A stretch of DNA of 55,843 nt, counting the filler, from Sphacelaria rigidula (taxonomy: Eukaryota): NCBI GenBank assembly GCA_964200075.2. It is 6 parts of 6 records of this genome, joined end to end, with 100 filler letters (N's around TTAATTAATTAA, not from the genome) between each part and the next. Parts side by side here need not be neighbours in the genome. Positions count along the whole stretch, not along the records: positions 9,326 to 18,550 come from CAXNAA020009000.1; positions 18,651 to 27,874 come from CAXNAA020009001.1; 4 more parts are not named here. One strand, given 5' to 3'. Within the stretch, counting starts at the first letter, position 1. Each line of letters starts with the position of its first letter. The notes under the pieces are model-generated. The model saw only the letters and a list, made by a program, of their open reading frames with translations, was not told the DNA's origin and searched no databases. Below, piece after piece: positions 10,138 to 22,155 of the stretch. The position numbers and the translations under genes are program-made.

Positions 10138-11631
10138 CTGTGCGGTAGGTGCTCATGCGCACGACCGTCTGATACTCTCATCACTACCTGAATCACCGTT
10201 CCTTGCGCTTTTGTGTGGTTAGGCGACAACGTAGTGACCAATGTTTTCAGGATGATGTAACTCAAAAGCCGCGAGATGCGCTACACCACAAATGCCGCTT
10301 CCATGGAAAAAAATAACTCCGGGACATAATCGGACGGTACGGGGTCAGCTGCAGACTTTCGATGCCTGTCGCACTAAGAGTCGTCGATACTGCGGAGTAT
10401 GAACTCTGCCGGTCGGACAACTCTGCATTCAATTTCCGGATTTCAGAGGTGGCACAGGTCGCCCGTCAGACAGGAAGAAAATATATATATATATATATTA
10501 ACACGACAAAAATGAACCGTCGTACTCGAAACGTACACGTACCAACAGTTGGGACAACAAGCAGGGTGCCCCCAACAAACGCGTTGTGCTTCGAACAGGG
10601 GCGGGGTAGTAGAACAAGAATAGCACGTTCTTCCGGCCCTTTTTCTCTGGCTGTGTTGCTTCAGCAGCTGTATCAGCCCACGGAGCTGTTTTGTGGAGTA
10701 GGCTTCCGCGCAGCAACGAACGGACAGGTCTTCAACACCGCGCTAACGACGCACGTTTGTGGCCGGTGCACAGACGGCTTAGGCAACCAAATACCCACCG
10801 TCGGTACGAGCGTAGTGTGATATTGGTCTATGGTCTATGGACCAAAACACACAGAGTGGATAACAAGGACACGAACAGGCACTGCAGATATTTTCATACG
10901 GTGGTGCATGACTCTTTGTGAATACAGGAGTCGGCTGTTTATAGCACTCGTACATGGAAGAGCTTATGAGAGGCCCTTTTTGGTTGGCCGGCACGATATA
11001 GATATACACACACGATCCATGCTCCTGCTTGTGCGAAAGCACCGATCCCTTGGTTATCCGTCCCGACACGAAAGATTAAATTATTCACAAACAAATACCG
11101 AGCTATTAGGCCTATTTCTGTGGACGCTATTTTTTCGGAGATCTTCGAAATTTTCGGGGCTGGCAAGGTGGAGGGCAGCTCTCTGAAGCGCTGTGTTGCA
11201 GTCCGAATTTTTCGGACTTCTCCAAAAATGAAAGCTTCGGAGGAAACATCAAGGCGTTGCGTGTTCGGAGAAGTTTTGAAGTAAAGTCCTAAAAGTCCTG
11301 AAAGTTCCACACGTCGGACAGCTCATGAGCTACCTGAGCATTACTTCTTATTAGTATGCTGATCCAGATCATGAGCTAGCTCATTTGGCCCCTTTTTCCG
11401 TATTGACTCCCAATGGCACTGGACACGGAGCACACGGAGTGACGCAAAGGTAGTCCTTTGGCTTGTCGGACCCTACTGTCACGTATCTTGTGTTCTTAGA
11501 CAACTGGTTCGAAAGTCCCCTTCGATTAGTTGTTTTAAGGAGATTATGAGCTGTCCGACGTGTGAAAAATTCTGATATTCCCGAAAGAACGTGTCGATAA
11601 TAGCGAGTCTTAGCCAAACAATCATCCGTGC

Positions 11632-11827
11632 GAGCACAGCGTGCAAAAGTGGCAAAAGGTCTTAGCAGCTATGACGTCAATCGAAACGCCAGAACTTGAC
11701 CCCCACGATAAATTACCAAGAGTGGATGGGTTCCATCAAGAACTCTGATGGAGAAATACAACTTCATATATCGCACCGCGGCTTGTTTCTTGGCATCGAA
11801 GGCGATGCACGCCCCTTCAGCCTATAC
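11632..11827 (-). pseudogene. Diverged paralogue of the exon-like segment 9944-10137
   Basis: CIAFDAKKQAAVRYMKLYFSIRVLDG aligns with HVPFDTKS*DPVRYMRLFAFRASDG. Both begin at ACAG|GTA and end at CTC|G(T/C)ACG. Confidence 0.4.
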
Positions 11828-13475
11828 CTGTAGCAGGTGCTATAACGCTCACTTCCACTTACCTCCCATAATCTAAACCGCTGTCCCCTACGTGTTTGTT
11901 TGCTCAGGAGGATAAAGAATGGCCAACATTTTCAAGATGCTATAACTCCACAGCCGCAATGAGTTACACCTCAAAACTTTAGTTCCATTGGAAGCAACCC
12001 TTCAGGACACAGCTTGGATGGGGTCAGCTGTAGACTCTTCGTGTCATTTGCGCTAAAAATCGTCAAAACCACCCAACACGGTCGCGGCGGGGGGGACAAA
12101 TTTAAATCCGAAATCCGAAATCCGAATTTCAGAGTCGTTACAGGTCGTCCGTCAAATGGACAAAAAACATCGGATATCAGCACGACAAGACGAATCGTCG
12201 TCGTCGGTTGTAAACAAAGAAATCGGTTGTACGCGCACAAATCGGTTGTACACGTACAACAGTTTCAAGGGTCGGACGAATAAAGATTCGTCTGGAAATT
12301 ACTTGGTTTTAGTATAATCGATGCGAATCGTACGAATCAATTCATAGGCTTCGTTTTCAGCGTTGCAACCCAGATACACGCAGCCCAGACACGTGGAATG
12401 GCACCAAAGTTGCGTGGATACCCCTTGGACCAGCGGTCAAAATAAAATTCTTCCTTGTGAGCAATCAGGTCGAAATAATCGTGGATTTGGTGATTCTTAG
12501 TCGTGATGATTCGTCCTAACCGCGAACAGCTTTGAAAAAATCAAGGAGGGTGACCTCGATAAATGAATGCCATGCGTCGGAGGGGGGCGGGGCAGTAGGA
12601 AATAGGAGCAGTGCTCTTTTCGTTACTGACTGTGCTGCTGCTGAAGCAGCGATGGAGTAGTAACACCCGCAGGTGCTTTGTGAACCAGGCTGCCGTGAAG
12701 CAGCGGACATACAGATCGCCCGCACCGTGCCAATGTCGCACGTTCGTAGCCAGCGTGCAGATAGCTGAGATGAGCCAACGCTCACCGCAGGTGTGGGCAC
12801 AACGTTTCTTTGTATACGGATGGATCGAACACACACATTGTGGTCAAGGATACTACGGACAAGTATCGCGAAAGATATAACGCTTAAACCCCGGATGGTG
12901 CACGAAGACTCTTCGTGAACACAGGAGTCAGCACTATATGGAACTTCATGAAAAAAAAAGTTTATGATAGAAAGTCTTTGATGGATGGTATTCTACATGA
13001 AATAGCCACTATAATCTCGGCGCCTGTGTGCAGCAGCCTGTGAAAAAACCACGATGGAAAATGGCCTGTTGGTTTTATTGGAAAGTGCGCTTGGAGAAGG
13101 GATACATCACCAGTATGTGCGCTGTGGACGGTACAATCGCGCCAGAGCTCTTTAGTACCGTTTCTTCAGAGTTGATTCAAAGCTGGGTACGAAAAGATCT
13201 GTGATTATCTGCATTACTGCTTCTGTTTTGACTTCACCAAGCCTCCTCTAGGGGGTGTTAAACAACGTGACACTAACAGGCACAACACTGAATGAAGATG
13301 AGATTTTCCAGTTGGAAGAAGCCCGAAGGGCGCACCACTAGCGTATTCTGCACGCAAGAGAGCTCACAGCATTGTAACGCAAACCAGCATACGTGTATAG
13401 CAAATGAGAACAAACTGATTGTGGTACCGTACAGTAGCAAACATTGCAACGGTCAATGCTATTCGGTGTCCTCAC

Positions 13476-13541
13476 CAGGCGAAGATCTTTGGAGAAAGGA
13501 GGCTCATTGAGCTTATCCACAATGAACTGTATCTCAGACAT
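13476..13541 (-). CDS. IFT81: Intraflagellar transport protein 81, first coding exon (partial gene)
   Basis: MSEIQFIVDKLNEPPFSKDLRL followed by a phase-0 GTGAG donor. It matches the IFT81 N-terminus as I recall it (human [23 protein letters not shown]). I could not find exon 2 in this scaffold. Confidence 0.8.
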
Positions 13542-15649
13542 GTCGTATTTTCACTTCTGTCCTTGTTCAGTGCAGTGGTTACACAAATCAAGGAAGAAGC
13601 GCTGTAGATCCTGTGTGATTTGTAGTACTTGTACCTCATGACCTGTGACACCGATATATCAATCTCTAGTTAATGACACATTCACGGGGTACATGTAGCC
13701 ATATCCAAATATCGGCCATGATTCGAAATGAAGCGGGATCGTCTGCGCCGCGTTATGTTCCTGTTGAGCGGTTTTCGGTGGTTATTTGTTCGCCCTGTCT
13801 GGATTCTCACACTCAGTTGCGTGTGTGGTTTGGGTTTACAGCACAGCACCATGATCCTCCGTCGGTCCGTGAAGATGAGCCTATATATATAGGGTATACT
13901 CGTACAGCACATCGTGCAGTTATTGCCATGGTGCCTCATGTATACTGCTACGGCTAATATCAGCCGTCATACGAAGTTCAGCGCAGTACAGAACATCAGC
14001 TGCGACACAATCTATTCTGATCCGTAAGAAAGGGGGGATGGCACAAAAAAGAAATATCTTAGCAGCATCACTGAGCATACGGAGCATACATGCCGCATCC
14101 CACATAGATGTTTCAGCTGAACGTCTGTATCCAGGACTAATGCCGCCCGAGATAGCCCCCCAGAACGGTGGCTAGTTTGAGGAAGCAAAATCTACATGTC
14201 AATCAAAATGACAAGAGCAGAGCACACCGAGCAGCTGGGAACTCCAATACCGGGCATCGTTTTCGCCAATGACGCCCAAATGAGGCGCTTCATGCGGTCT
14301 GAAACTAGCCATCATGCGCTGTATGACCATTTTCTTCGTGACAGTTTTGGGGTTGGTTTGGGGGGCGGGGGGGGGAGGGGGGGCTGTCGCGGCATCACCC
14401 ACACATGAACATCCAAAGCTGGGATATGATTCCTAGATTTTCGTCCACTTGGGAGGTCCACTTCCCAGACGCGGAAGCTGCAAGATGATACAAACGTGTG
14501 TTCCCTATGGACCAGCGTGCGGGTGGTTTGCACTTCGAGTCTCATACTCTCCATACAACAATGATGTACTCCCATAGGTGGCCATTTTTTGTCCCGAACT
14601 GCGATGCGGAACGACACACCTATCTGTGTGATTCTACTATGCACACATCATGTTGACGAGCTTGCTCGACGTAGTCTACTTGATTGACTATCTATGACTA
14701 AGCGGCACTTCGAACTTGTTGGAATTTTGTGGTTCCTACCCTCCTGTACAGTCGTTTATTATATTGCGATGTATCACACAGGCGTCGCGAGAGTTACTGG
14801 ATTCATTATCTGTAAGTGAGTGTCCGCATTGCAGTATCACCTGGCGCACGCGAGGAAAGTATCGTATTTCGAAACGCAGGTGGACTATGGCACTAAATCA
14901 GAGCAGCGGCAATCGTAGTAGCTGAACGATATTTTGAATGCGTTTTCACCGCAAAAATGATAATTTTGCTACTGTACAACTGTGACGTGCACGAGACACG
15001 AATCGGATACATACGCAGTCTTGAACCCTGTAGAAAGGGGGGTAATCCATTGTGTCTGTCGAGGATTCAGTACCTTTTCACGTTGACAACACCGCGAGTT
15101 GAGTTCAGATCTTCCCTGGTCAGAAAAAGGTCCCAGACTCGGATCGCAGCACCGGTCAATGCAGAAAAAATAGAAGGGAAAAAGGTTGAGAAAGCGGGAA
15201 AATAGTGGTAACACTGGTAGGTACCAGATGACTGACTGGTGGGGGACCAGCAAGCAGACCTCACGAATTCATGGACAGGTACTCGAGGAAATTGTTGCCT
15301 TGGCAACCAAACACACCGAAGAGAAGAGTGAATGACGAAAGGTAGAATAAAACATCCCCACCCCTCCAGCTGACGATGAGAAGGGTGACTCTACAAACCT
15401 CTTCTTGTTAACGAAAAATGCCACGAGAGGTTTAGAAAGGGGAGGGTGGTGGTATGGATCCTACCCCATACATGGAGAGCAAACAAATACTGCAAGTATC
15501 TGTCGAGGACCCACCCCCTTACAACAACAACACAACAGTCTAGACGAAGGGCGAACGTGTCGAACCTTCGGCCAACGTACTTCGCTGCCGGATACCTGAC
15601 TTGGCGTTGTTCTCCTCGTAATTGATGCAATTTCAGTCCTGTTGCCGCG

Positions 15650-16265
15650 GACTACCGCTTCCAACAAACTAAACCACAACATAGTGTGAAATGTGACCTC
15701 CTTGCTGTCGGAGGAAGAGCGTGCTTTAGAGTCATCTGTGGTAGCACGTATGTCCTCATGAAGAGCATAAAGATCGAAGTGAAGCTATCACCGCCATCGA
15801 AAGTGAGAACAACGGCGACGTGGGACGCAGGATGCACGTCTACTGTTGTGTGCATAGGTCGAAAAGGACGAGGGTTGGGAGTCAGGAGGAGCATAGCTCT
15901 CGTGAGCTGCATCCCACCTTGGAGTATCAGAATACTTTTCCGGTAATGGAGTGGACCATGACCCGAGGTAGCGTATCATCCAACTTTTCCGGATCCATAC
16001 CGAGGGAGCTATCCCGACGCAGGAGTATGGACGTGATCAGGGCATGAATATAGTCTTGTATTCACATTATACATCCAAGCCAGTGTTTTTTTTGTTCTTA
16101 TATTTTTATTTTTTTCCTCGTACTTTCTTTTCTTTGTCTACTCTGTCTGCCCTATCTTTCTGCTTCCTTCACTTTTCTTCAGCGAGTGCCTCAATTCTGT
16201 TTTATCTACGTATGTCCATCATTTGACCACGGCTGGACCAGTTAAAGTACAACAATCAATCAATC
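15650..16265 (+). mobile_element. Probable 3' end of a LINE with a pyrimidine-rich UTR and (CAAT)n tail
   Basis: Ends TGACCACGGCTGGACCAGTTAAAGTACAACAATCAATCAATC, matching the RTE 3' terminus at 32865-32930 (minus). The left boundary is uncertain. Confidence 0.5.
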
Positions 16266-16444
16266 GTCAAGGTGTAATCGTACTACATGATGCTTAGCCT
16301 GCTACTCCAGTGAATCTTGCAACCAGTATGACGATACTAGGTATAACTGTAGGCACAGGTAGTTGTAGGGACAAAGATGAGCAGGCAAATACAGCGTAAG
16401 AGAACTGGTGCAAGCTGATGAAAAAGGTGACACACGGCCATTTG

Positions 16445-16760
16445 ACTACCCCCCAAAAATGTCTCCGGAGGGATGCGCGGCCCTCCAGGAGCAAAACAAG
16501 CCTCCGCAGGCCTTCAATCCCTCTGGAGGAAACCAAACACTGCCGACCTGGAGGGCCACGTTCCCTCCGGAATTTGGGGGCAGCATAATGCCTTCGGAGA
16601 GATGCGCGGCCCTCAAGGGGCAAAAACAAGCCGCCGGAGGCGTTTAATCTCCGTGGAGGAAACCGAAAAAACTCCTCTGGAGGGTCGCGCACCCCTCCGG
16701 AGGCATTTAATTCCTCTGGGGGCTTGAAAAGTTGACCGACCTGGAGGAATTTGGGGGGTA
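16445..16760. repeat. Degenerate GC-rich tandem repeat, about two copies of a 130-180 bp unit
   Basis: GGAG.GATGCGCGGCCCTC.AGG.GCAAAA.CAAGCC and CCGACCTGGAGG..GAATTTGGGGG each occur twice. Confidence 0.65.
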
Positions 16761-16849
16761 GCCAAATCGTCGCGTGTGGTGTTGGTGGACAAGATACTCA
16801 AGGTAGTGTTGTTGCCTGCAAGATTCTGCCTTCATGGTGTCGTTGTCGT

Positions 16850-16992
16850 CGTCACTGCTGTCGTTGTGATTATGGTTGCTTGTGGTTCTTGTTGCCGCTG
16901 CTGCTGTTGCTGTTGATGCTGTTGTCGTTGTTGTTCTTGTTGATGGTGATGATGATGATAATGGTGATGAGGATAATGATGGTAGTGACGAT
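16850..16992. repeat. Compound trinucleotide microsatellite (GTT/GCT/GAT)
   Basis: Direct inspection; it gives rise to poly-Q/H and poly-L/M ORFs. Confidence 0.85.
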
Positions 16993-18550
16993 TATATGCG
17001 TTATCCGTCCCGACGCTAGCTATCACGCTCATACTCCACCCAAATCGCTGTAAGATTGGACAACCCGTGACATCCCGCGATTATACCAGCTAGAAGTTTC
17101 ATGCATTACTAGAGGGTTGCTTGAGCGCCATCCTGTGCCAGCTGTCTCGTGAGACAATATCTGAAATGGCTTCCTCTATCGTTACAAGTGGCACGAATGA
17201 CGGGGTAAGGAGGTACACCCGTCTGTAAGTAATTACACAAACTGTTGAATACTTGAAGCTCTTTTCGAAAATGGAGGCCTGCTTGAGGGTTGGCGGTCGA
17301 TCGACTGAGCTTGATAGCAAACATCACTGCCACGAAAAGTATATGAAACAGTCGCACCTTCGCAAATAAATGCGTACGTTCAAGAGTACCTGCGGCCTCG
17401 AAACTCTAGGGAAATAATGTGCGTGTGTAGATACACAGAGGATGACCCCGGTGTCCTCTTGGCCTATAGCGTTCCTTGGGAAACGTTTTTGGTCCTTGTT
17501 TGCTGATGCCAATGCGCAAACCTATTTCGTACACGTTTTCCAGAAATTTTACCTCCGAAGATTTATTAACCCCTCGGTCGCGAGAATAGTCACATACTTG
17601 TCGGGTACGGGTAATACTGGGGTACATACCCCGTGTATACAAAAAATCGCACCCTACCGAAGACAACCTTGGAACGGTTATTTTATGCGCATGAAGACCC
17701 GGCCGTCGCCGCGCACAGACGTATAAAAGATGATATGTAGAGTTGTGTGTGCGAGAACTCCATCCGATGTTGTTCAAGGTCTGTGGGTGACGTCAACTTG
17801 CAAGCGTAATGATGTGCTTATAATGGCAACGGATGACCTGGCTTCACACCGGATGCTTGCGGTGTTCAGAGGACATTGCAAGGTTATGTTGAGTTCGGGT
17901 ACCTGCGAGAACTGAGACTGCGGTTTTACATGTCTACACGACTATGCCGCGCGCTTGGCTCGTTTATTCGTAGCACGTCAACATATTTTTCAACAACGAC
18001 GACGTATAGCTGCTACCGACGACTTCCGGTGCATCCGAATTCTTGTCTGCTGTGACCGCGAAGCATGTATGGGTAAAATGCGTACGAAAGTTAAGCCTAC
18101 AACATATGTACGAGCCAGGCGTTGAAGCCTTTCGCAATATGTTTTTCTAACAATTGAAATTGTTTCAGAGCTACAGTGTGGTTCCAGAAATAGTGAACCG
18201 CAATGTGCTTTCAAGGCCTACGCATTGTTGTTTGTTTCTTTGTGTTGTACGGCCTACTCACCTAAAGCCAGACGGCAGGGGGCGGCTGTTTCCTGTCTTC
18301 CTCAGTTTTATCGGGAGCAGTGCAAATCTATCGTGGGGTTCTTCTTGTACGTATCCCTTCCTTTATTTTCGCTTCTTTCCCTTCTCTCCCTCTCTCCTTC
18401 TCTTTCTTTTTTTCTTGTCTTCTCCCATCTCTTTTTCGTATTTTTTCTATGTTTTTCTGCTTTGTTCTTTCCTGTGTACTCTGTCCTACCCCCCCCCCCT
18501 TGCCCTTCTTCTGGTTTTTTGATCATGGTACCAGGAGAGTGGGGGACGAA

Positions 18551-18650
18551 NNNNNNNNNNNNNNNNNNNNNNNNNNNNNNNNNNNNNNNNNNNNTTAATT
18601 AATTAANNNNNNNNNNNNNNNNNNNNNNNNNNNNNNNNNNNNNNNNNNNN
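18551..18650. other. Artificial scaffold spacer
   Basis: N44-TTAATTAATTAA-N44. Confidence 0.97.
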
Positions 18651-18800
18651 CGTTCAGTCGAATTTTGTGTACCCACGACATAGTCGCTCTCCACTGTTGG
18701 GCATGGTGTAAGAAAAAAATCCCAGATCGCTCCGGGAATCGAACTCCACACCTCAGCCCTTTGAAGCTTACGAGGTTACCAACTGAGACACCGGGGCGAC
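18651..18800 (-). mobile_element. tRNA-derived SINE family B, 5' part
   Basis: Minus strand reads GTCGCCCCGGTGTCTCAGTTGGTAACCT ... AGTTCGATTCC ... CCCAACAGTGGAGAGCGACTA. Confidence 0.8.
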
Positions 18801-19251
18801 CAATGCGATCAATGCGGTCCAAAATACAAGAGGTCGAGAATATATTATTCACGGTACAGTATACCATGCACCAATTCGGCAATTCGGAAACAAGTGCATG
18901 TGTGTGTTCCCGGGGTCGGTCTCCCTTGGAAATCAACCGCTCGTATTCCGAAGGGAATCACCCACACGTCACACGTGCGTCCACTAGCGCTGTGAAATAT
19001 CCAACATCACCCCTACGTTTTTGATGACGCTTCAATCTGTGGGGAACATCAACGTTGGAGCTAGAGGGGAATTAACTCCGGATTTCAAAGTTGGGAGTGA
19101 GATATGACCACGGCATCTCCGATACTGTAACTCTAGTTTGGCGGGGTCATGGATGACATGAGCCGCCGAGCTTCTTCGCGCGCCCGGTGACCGAAACAGG
19201 AGACCATACTGTAGGCACAGAAAGCTTTAACAACAAGTTTAATGCAACACG

Positions 19252-19545
19252 GAGTTCCTCACGGGCTCCACGCATTGTACTAAGATGGAAAGGAGGCGGT
19301 TTGCTCCAAGAACTTGATGCCGTGCACATGACCTACCGCTCGCGGTGGGTAAATTTTGAAGCGGTGAATGTCCGAGAGAAACCTATCATGCATAGAGTTC
19401 GTCACGGGCTCCACATTGTCGGTCGTATGGTACTGCGATGGGAAGGAGCGGTTTACTCACAGAACTTGGTGCCGTTCATATGACCTACCGCTCGCGGTGG
19501 GTAAATTTTGAGGCGGTGAATGTCCGACGGAAACCCATCATGCAT
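19252..19545. repeat. Tandem duplication of a ~145-bp unit
   Basis: TCACGGGCTCCAC ... ATGACCTACCGCTCGCGGTGGGTAAATTTTGA.GCGGTGAATGTCCGA ... ATCATGCAT occurs twice (19252-19393 and 19395-19545). Confidence 0.9.
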
Positions 19546-21727
19546 CGAAAATAACTCCCAAGATATCTCGTAGGTAAACTCGCCATCAACTCTCGTATGT
19601 CAGATAAGAACGGCCCAGCCGAAGGGGACGGCAGCACAAATTACGCCACCGTCCCGGAGAGCACGACATGCGGCTTACGACAAGACTCGACCACACAGCA
19701 GCGTAGTCTAGAGGGCACTTTGTGAGAGTACGGAACTCAGGACAGCGCACGCAGTCACTTCATCAAGACGAGAGCAATGAGCACCCACACAACGGAGTCG
19801 CGCTTGTGCAGGTATCAAAAATCACGCCGGAGTGCCACAACCGTCGCTATTGCTGTACTGTACCGCAATCCGAGAGAAACTTCACGCATCACGGCCTCAA
19901 CTTGGAAATGGCTCAGTAGCGGTTGGCCAGTCCTTCTCGTGCCTTGCTTCGACATCCGCGCTTCGACATCCGCCGTGTAGATGTGAGGTGAGAACCGCAC
20001 CGCCAACACCATCTAGCCCCCCTGTACTTCCTCAACCCCGTGTGTGTAACTATCTGCCTCACGGTTCAAAGTATCACTTGCAACCGTTCTGTGCCATGCT
20101 GTTGTGGAGCACAATAACTGCGCCAGAGCAGGTGTGCCGCGCAGTACCGCACAGCACACGCATGAACAGTACTCGAGCATGTTCTCGTTACTCTGTACTC
20201 CGCACAGTAGCTGGCAGTTGCTGGCACCTCGGGCAGCGGCACAAACAAGTACCCACGGGCTCAAGTCTCGTCGGTGTCTGCAGCTGCCGACCTCACTCGG
20301 CCCAGAAGTACGGTCCAATTATTTTCCGTCCATCACGTACGTCCTCAGAATTAAAGCGAGCCAACCCGCTGCACGACTGTACTGTATTATACACTGTACT
20401 GTCGGACCGGACTGTGCGCTGTGTGGTCACTCTGCCCTACAGTCAGTACAGTCGAGGGTACTGCTTGTTTACTACAGTACTGTGTATCTTGATGCTGTCT
20501 GCACTTTCTTGCATGCCAGTACCTGTTGTTTATGGCGAAATGTAATGTTCGTGTACATGACTACGGACAGCCAAAGAGTCAACCACCACTGGAACAGTAT
20601 ACTGTACCGACACAACCAGCATGTCAGTGACACGGCACGACGATATAATAAGCTGTTGTACCCCGTGAGAGGACCGCGTGCTTAGAGGACTGCATCGGAA
20701 TTTGAACTTTCGAAATCATTTGTTTCGTAATGCAATGACATGAACGGCAAGGAAATGACTGGGAGAGCCAGCAGTGGCACTCATGATTTATTTTGAATTT
20801 TTTGCTGCCATCAACGAACAGACTTGACCGACCAAGCCTTGTTCAGTAGTCAGGATAGGACGGCCACAAGAAACGCAGCGAGTGCGCGACGTATCAATGC
20901 ATCATGTATGACATTATGAGTGGGCTCTAGAAGTGGGATCGACGACGTTTGCTCCGGCATTTGAGGGCGGGGTGGCGAAACCCGACTGGTAGTTTTGTTT
21001 CGCGTGCTGTCCTGGTACAAAAACAGGAGTCTTCGGAAATAAATCCCCGCAGGGATCAACACTCATGACAGTCGTCCTGTAATGTAAAACCAACAGCACA
21101 GTCACTATAGCAGTGGTATGCTGACTGTGTCACAGCATATCCCCGCCGCCTCTTCTCAAACATATTGCACACTGCGCATGCATGCAACACAGCCCGCGGG
21201 TTCGTCGAGGGTACGTGTCAAGACGTGCGCGAGACCTCTGGGCTACGGTGGGTCGAGATCAACCAAGGAAGCAGCATGGCCTGATGAGGCTTGTGCACTC
21301 TCATGCAGCAGTGAAACGGGAGAGAAACAAAACTCATGCCGGAAGGCCTCCACCAGTGCCGTTCGACTAAATTCGTTGCGGATTTTGTTCTCGAGCAGCA
21401 ACTTCCGGTGCCAGAAAGATGAACCCGTCTGTGTGCCCTGTCCTAGGCGCGGGCAACACCGTTCACTGGTGCGAAAACAACATGCATCCGAGCATCTCAA
21501 GAAAGAAGGCGGACACACCTCTTACCACACCCCGTACTACAGTACTGTACGTGCAGGCATGTCGTCGGGATAGCGGGGAAAAGACGAGTAGGAACTGAAC
21601 AGAGAGGAACCAACAGTGGCAAAAGATACAATCAGGTAGAGTCGGGAGAACAAAACCAAGTGACCGCCTTGTACGACTGTTATCTCTACAGTCGGAGATG
21701 AATTCCTTCGTGCATTGTGTAATGCGA

Positions 21728-21918
21728 GGGAGGACCGCGTGCTTCGGGGACCGCATCGTGGTTCAAAACACCTCAGGATCGACGTTTTTCAAAACCAATC
21801 GGGCCAGTCCCTGCAGGAACCACGCCCCTGACCCTAACCCCAACATCAACCCTGACCCTAACCCTGGCCATAGGGAGTTTCAGATTCCGATGCCGCCCCT
21901 CAAGCACGCGGTCCTCCC
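21728..21918. mobile_element. MITE with perfect 17-bp TIRs and internal telomere-like hexamers
   Basis: GGGAGGACCGCGTGCTT ... AAGCACGCGGTCCTCCC. Internal CCCTGACCCTAACCCCAACATCAACCCTGACCCTAACCCTGG. A solo terminus lies at ~20668-20710. Confidence 0.8.
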
Positions 21919-22099
21919 CACACACTACATTTGTAGTTGAACCGCACCTGTACAGCCTTGGTTCAAAAGGAAGAAACCGTTACAAACGCGGTGATATCTG
22001 GTGATACCTGTAAACACTGCAATTTTCCGTCAAGGGTGCGAAGGTTCCCCCGCAGAAATGACCGCTGCCCGAAGACGTTGTGCCCCGCTGCCTACCTCG

Positions 22100-22102
<3 letters not shown>

Positions 22103-22151
<49 letters not shown>
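22103..22151. repeat. (TC)n microsatellite
   Basis: Direct inspection. Confidence 0.97.

Positions 22152-22155
<4 letters not shown>

Noticed and set aside
16751..17053. Poly-H/Q and membrane-like poly-L ORFs
   Set aside because: Translations of a trinucleotide microsatellite.
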